Below are positions 60,827-64,000 of a DNA stretch of 64,000 nt, piece after piece; position 1 is the first letter of the stretch, and each line of letters begins with the position of its first letter. Below the pieces are notes generated by a model. That model had not been told where the DNA came from and did no database searches. It saw nothing but the letters and a program-made list of their open reading frames with translations. The stretch covers positions 425 through 64,424 of the forward strand of contig JAKADP010000006.1 of assembly GCA_021820465.1 (NCBI GenBank), read 5' to 3'. The position numbers and the translations under genes are program-made. Source of the DNA: Bacillota bacterium. Its GTDB lineage: Bacteria; Bacillota; Sulfobacillia; Sulfobacillales; JAIMBI01.

Positions 60827-61311
60827 TTAGGAATCGGACGGGGATTGAAGGTCTTCCATCTCGACCTGGCGTGAATACGGGAACGGTTGCCGGACGAGAA
60901 CGCCCTCAACCTCATGGCCCAAGGGAAAGCCCTTGTCCCATGTCATTAAGTACTGGCACTTAGCTCGAATCGCGGACGCTATATGAATCGCATCGGGTCC
61001 CCGTAGTCCTCGCAGGCGTGAAAGTTTGCGGGCATGGCGGGCTACCGGTAGATCTACCTCTACCCAGTGGATAAATTTATGATGGAAGAAGGCGTCGACC
61101 ATCAAGTCGACCCGTGCCATGTCTTTAGACGAACGGACATCACCGTGGCCGCAGACCTCCGCATAAACCAGGGTGCTCGCGACAATGGCATAATGGCCTT
61201 GCTCGGCGCCCTCGAGAAGACGCCGAGCTACGTCGGCCTACCTGCTTCTCCCTTGATCACTGCTAAGTAGACGTTGGAATCCAGGTAAATGGGACCCGCT
61301 CCCTCATTCAT
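60827..61311 (-). pseudogene. PIN-domain (VapC-like) nuclease gene with a frameshift
   Basis: MNEGAGPIYLDSNVYLAVIKGEAGRP stops at 61228-61230. The next frame, open from 61237, continues with VARRLLEGAEQGHYAIVASTLVYAEV...GPDAIHIASAI...YLMTWDKGF. All four PIN acidic positions are visible. Confidence 0.7.
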
Positions 61312-62224
61312 TTCGGACCCACCGGATGTACTCGTCCGTTGACATCGAGCCTGTATACCAAGGCGCAATGCCGACCAAGTCAGCTACCGACGGCCCGTCT
61401 GATTCATCTGGGAGTCGTTCCAGCTGATCTACGTCCACGCTTAGGATCTGTCCCCGTCGGTTGCGCGTGACGGTGCCGAGTGCGCGGACGCGGTGGCCCA
61501 ATGCATCGCGGATCTCGTCGAGATGCTCCTTCGGGAACCGGCAGTTCACGGCGCGACGTGTCTCTTCGTCGTAGAGGCTTACGTGGCGCCCGCGTCGCAG
61601 GTTGATGATGTCCAACACCCCGACGGCTGAGCCAACTGTTTGCTCCACTGCCTCAATCGAGGCGCGTGCGTTGGCCACTACCGAGCCTGTGACCGGCTCT
61701 GGCTGGTCTGACAGGGCCGCGTTCGGAACGCGATAGCTAATGCCGCTGATGCCTTCTTGGAGGAAGTATTTACCTATTTTCACCAAGTGACCCGCAAGGG
61801 TCGGCGAAAAGAAGCGGGGCAGTTCCTCTGCCTCACGTAACTGGCGAATCCCATCCACTAGTCGCTGTGGCGTCTCCCCGCTAGCTACTCCTTCACGTCG
61901 TAGCACGGCGACGGCACTGCCGCTGCGAAGATCTTCGATGAGCCACTGGCTCGGAGGTGACTGAAGCGCCCGGTCAAGCTCGTCGAGCATTTGAAGGCTC
62001 GTCCGTAGAACGTCCAAGAATGCTCGTGCGGGGATGGCGCCGACACTTCCTTCCACTCGAACTTCCAGACGCGACTCAGGCACCTTGACCCCCTCTTCCA
62101 GCGCAACCTCTCCGGCTATTTTACGAAGAATTTGCGGGCAATGCGATGGGGGCATCAGCGGCGTCTCCCTCACCGCCATCGTCGCCATCATCGCGGCCGT
62201 CCGCCGCGGTGCTCCCTGCCCCAA
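61304..62224 (-). CDS. hypothetical protein (306 aa; 283 aa from its own ATG 62155), upstream partner of the PIN gene
   Basis: Intact ORF. The first 17 codons belong to repeat copy B and copy the lipoprotein signal start. An internal ATG at 62155 has its own GAGGGAGA SD. The stop overlaps the PIN ATG (ATGAATGA). No family recognised. Confidence 0.6.
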   Translation of the reverse strand: MGQGAPRRTAAMMATMAVRETPLMPPSHCPQILRKIAGEVALEEGVKVPESRLEVRVEGSVGAIPARAFLDVLRTSLQMLDELDRALQSPPSQWLIEDLRSGSAVAVLRREGVASGETPQRLVDGIRQLREAEELPRFFSPTLAGHLVKIGKYFLQEGISGISYRVPNAALSDQPEPVTGSVVANARASIEAVEQTVGSAVGVLDIINLRRGRHVSLYDEETRRAVNCRFPKEHLDEIRDALGHRVRALGTVTRNRRGQILSVDVDQLERLPDESDGPSVADLVGIAPWYTGSMSTDEYIRWVRNE

Positions 62225-62520
62225 CTCGCACCTCCTCGGCCTCGTGCAGCTCGGGCGCGCGCCGGCGACCCCGCTGGCTTCTGCTTCTGACTCCTAAACA
62301 CCTGGATGGCCCGGCCTGTTGCGCGGCGAGAGAAGCGGGGCGGGGTTGAACCGGTCCGGCGGCGAGCCCTAGGTCTCGCCGCCGATCCCCAGCAAGAAGG
62401 GTGCGTTGCGGTGTGATGTCGGCGTCGCTGCGGTGGGGCTACCGCTTGAGGTGCTGGGAGAGCCGGTCAAATTCGGCAGGGTCAATCTCGCCGCGCGCGA
62501 GCCGCGCCTCCAAGATCGCC
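62174..62520. repeat. direct repeat copy B (347 bp)
   Basis: See copy A. It covers the SHOCT gene 3-prime end, a 214-bp spacer and the first 17 codons of the downstream ORF. Confidence 0.85.
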
Positions 62521-62699
62521 AGGGCATCCGTGGGGCCGTAGGGCACCGGGCCGCAGCGATTCGGGCCATAGAATCCGCGGCGAGGCGAAAGCCAGCGCCA
62601 GAGGCCAAACGCCGCGGCCAAGATGACAATCCACCCGATCGGCCAGAACAACCACCATCCACCTGACCATCCACCTGACCATCCCCCGTATCCTGGCAT
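62439..62699 (-). CDS. SHOCT-domain small membrane protein
   Basis: 86 aa. Gly/Trp-rich N-terminus GGWSGGWSGGWW, one TM helix, and C-terminal ILEARLARGEIDPAEFDRL (SHOCT motif). Confidence 0.7.
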   Translation of the reverse strand: MPGYGGWSGGWSGGWWLFWPIGWIVILAAAFGLWRWLSPRRGFYGPNRCGPVPYGPTDALAILEARLARGEIDPAEFDRLSQHLKR

Positions 62700-63229
62700 C
62701 TTCCGTCCACTCCCTTGCGCATCTCATGTCTGGTACTGCGGGACCGCTACTGCCGCGGCTCGCGGACCGCCCCGCCATGATTTCACCGCGGGCCGCCGTG
62801 GCATGCCCCGTGGGGTCGGCGGCCATGGCACTGTCAGCATACGGAGGCCGACGAAGTCGCCGGTGGACGTGCCCTGTGCACACGGTGGGGATTTTGCCGC
62901 GGCGATGTGGCGATCGTGTGGAGGCGCCTGCGGGTGGCTGCCGACGTGCCCGCGTCGGCCATCCTGCCCCCGCGCGCGGCAGCAGGGCCTTGGCCGCTTC
63001 GCGCGGCGGTCGCCGCGGATTCTCATGGCCGCCTCAGCGCGGCCGAGTATACTATCGCGGACGAGATCGGCTTCGGAGGGTGGGGGTGCGACGTCTGGTG
63101 CCCGCGTGGCGTTAATCGGGGGAAGGCAGGCGCGCCTCCCACGCGGAGGCTCTGGACACCGTGGCCGCGCCGCAGGACGTTGGCGGAAGGGTGGGGGGAA
63201 CCGTGCAAGGTGCACTGGTTGGGGTGTCC

Positions 63230-64000
63230 ATGCTTTACTTATTGGTTTGCATTCCATACGCCATGCGCGTGTACGCGTTTGTCATCCTGGCGCTTCGCAC
63301 CGACGGTACCTCCGCGGTAGGGGGGCAGAACACCCGCGCCGCGATCTGGGGCCCCGCCAGCGTCACGGTGATCATCCCGGGCCGCAACGAAGCGCGGGTG
63401 CTGCCCGCCACCGTGCGTGCGGCGCTCGCGCAGGTCCTGCCGCCCTTCATTGGCCGCTACGAGGTATTGGTCGTGAACGACGGCTCCACGGACGACACCG
63501 GGTCGGTGCTGGACCACCTAGCCCAGGAGGCGCGCGGGCGCTTGCGCGTTATCCACCGCCCGGTGGCGCAGGGCAAGGCGTCGGCGCTGAACGAAGCCGT
63601 GAGGCAGGCGCGGGGGGACGTCCTGGTATTCATTGACGCGGACCATGTGCTGCGCCCCGACGCCGTGGCACGGCTGGCCGAGCCCCTGATCTCGGGAGCG
63701 GCCCACGTCGTCCAGGGCCGCTGCGTGGTGAGAAACCCTCACGTGAACCTGCTCACGCGTCTGGTCGAAATTGACAACACGGTGAGCTATGCGGTGGACT
63801 TGGCGGCCCGCTCCCAGTTGGGCACGTGCCCCATCACGGGATCCACCATGGCGATGACGCGGGTGGTGTGGGCACGTGTAGGGGGCTTCTGTGAGGATCG
63901 GCCGGGCGAGGACACCGACATGAGTCTTCGGATTATGCGCGAGGGGCTCCGCGTGCGCTATGAGCCCGACGCCGTCTCCGAGGACTTGGCCCCGGCCACG
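63230..64000 (+). CDS. family-2 glycosyltransferase (membrane-anchored, PgaC/cellulose-synthase-like), partial at the window end
   Basis: Not in the ORF track because it runs off the window. N-terminal TM, VIIPGRNE, VVNDGSTDDT, FIDADH (DxD). The start is ATG 63230 or GTG 63203. Confidence 0.75.
   Translation, partial: MLYLLVCIPYAMRVYAFVILALRTDGTSAVGGQNTRAAIWGPASVTVIIPGRNEARVLPATVRAALAQVLPPFIGRYEVLVVNDGSTDDTGSVLDHLAQEARGRLRVIHRPVAQGKASALNEAVRQARGDVLVFIDADHVLRPDAVARLAEPLISGAAHVVQGRCVVRNPHVNLLTRLVEIDNTVSYAVDLAARSQLGTCPITGSTMAMTRVVWARVGGFCEDRPGEDTDMSLRIMREGLRVRYEPDAVSEDLAPAT

Noticed and set aside
59804-62520. Repeat pair as template/variable repeats of a diversity-generating retroelement
   Set aside because: The 17 mismatches are not adenine-specific; they include G/C, C/T and T/G changes. 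No reverse transcriptase is present in the window, and most of the repeat is non-coding.
62623-63636. 337-aa plus-strand ORF spanning the SHOCT-GT2 spacer
   Set aside because: It is out of frame with the clear GT2 motifs (VVNDGSTDDT, DAD) and has an Arg/Gly/Pro-rich translation.

Overview
GC-rich bacterial chromosomal segment with Gram-positive-style signals: two T-box leaders, strong GGAGG Shine-Dalgarno sites and 4-nt ATGA gene overlaps. My guess is a high-GC Bacillota-type genome, but I cannot verify that. By eye it holds about 55 intact protein genes, one tRNA (Arg-CCU), one decayed IS630 element and roughly ten frameshifted or truncated accessory genes. Positions 1-55.3 kb are mostly ordinary. 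They carry arsRB, a T-box-controlled serS, a GH38 mannosidase, cca, an MntA/HepT pair, and a Fur-family regulator with a metal-transporter-like gene. They also carry two tandem Pho84-like MFS genes, an S9 peptidase, an aquaporin, katG, rsgA, a GGDEF cyclase, and a T-box-controlled DAHP synthase-tyrA operon. The rest is methionine-salvage genes, a stretch of decayed genes next to the tRNA-Arg, and an aminotransferase-DmpA-mmsA cluster. The most interesting part is an accessory island at about 55.3-63.2 kb. (1) A HicA toxin is coupled to an upstream 190-aa protein I cannot place, while a HicB gene sits convergently on the other strand. (2) There is a decayed IS630 flanked by a TA duplication. 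(3) A 347-bp direct-repeat pair brackets a 2.0-kb cassette. The cassette encodes an unrecognisable 283-306 aa protein translationally coupled to a PIN nuclease, followed by an SF2-helicase stub. I consider this a candidate uncharacterised toxin/defence-type module that is now decaying. All family calls come from motif recognition by eye; no searches or computations were run.
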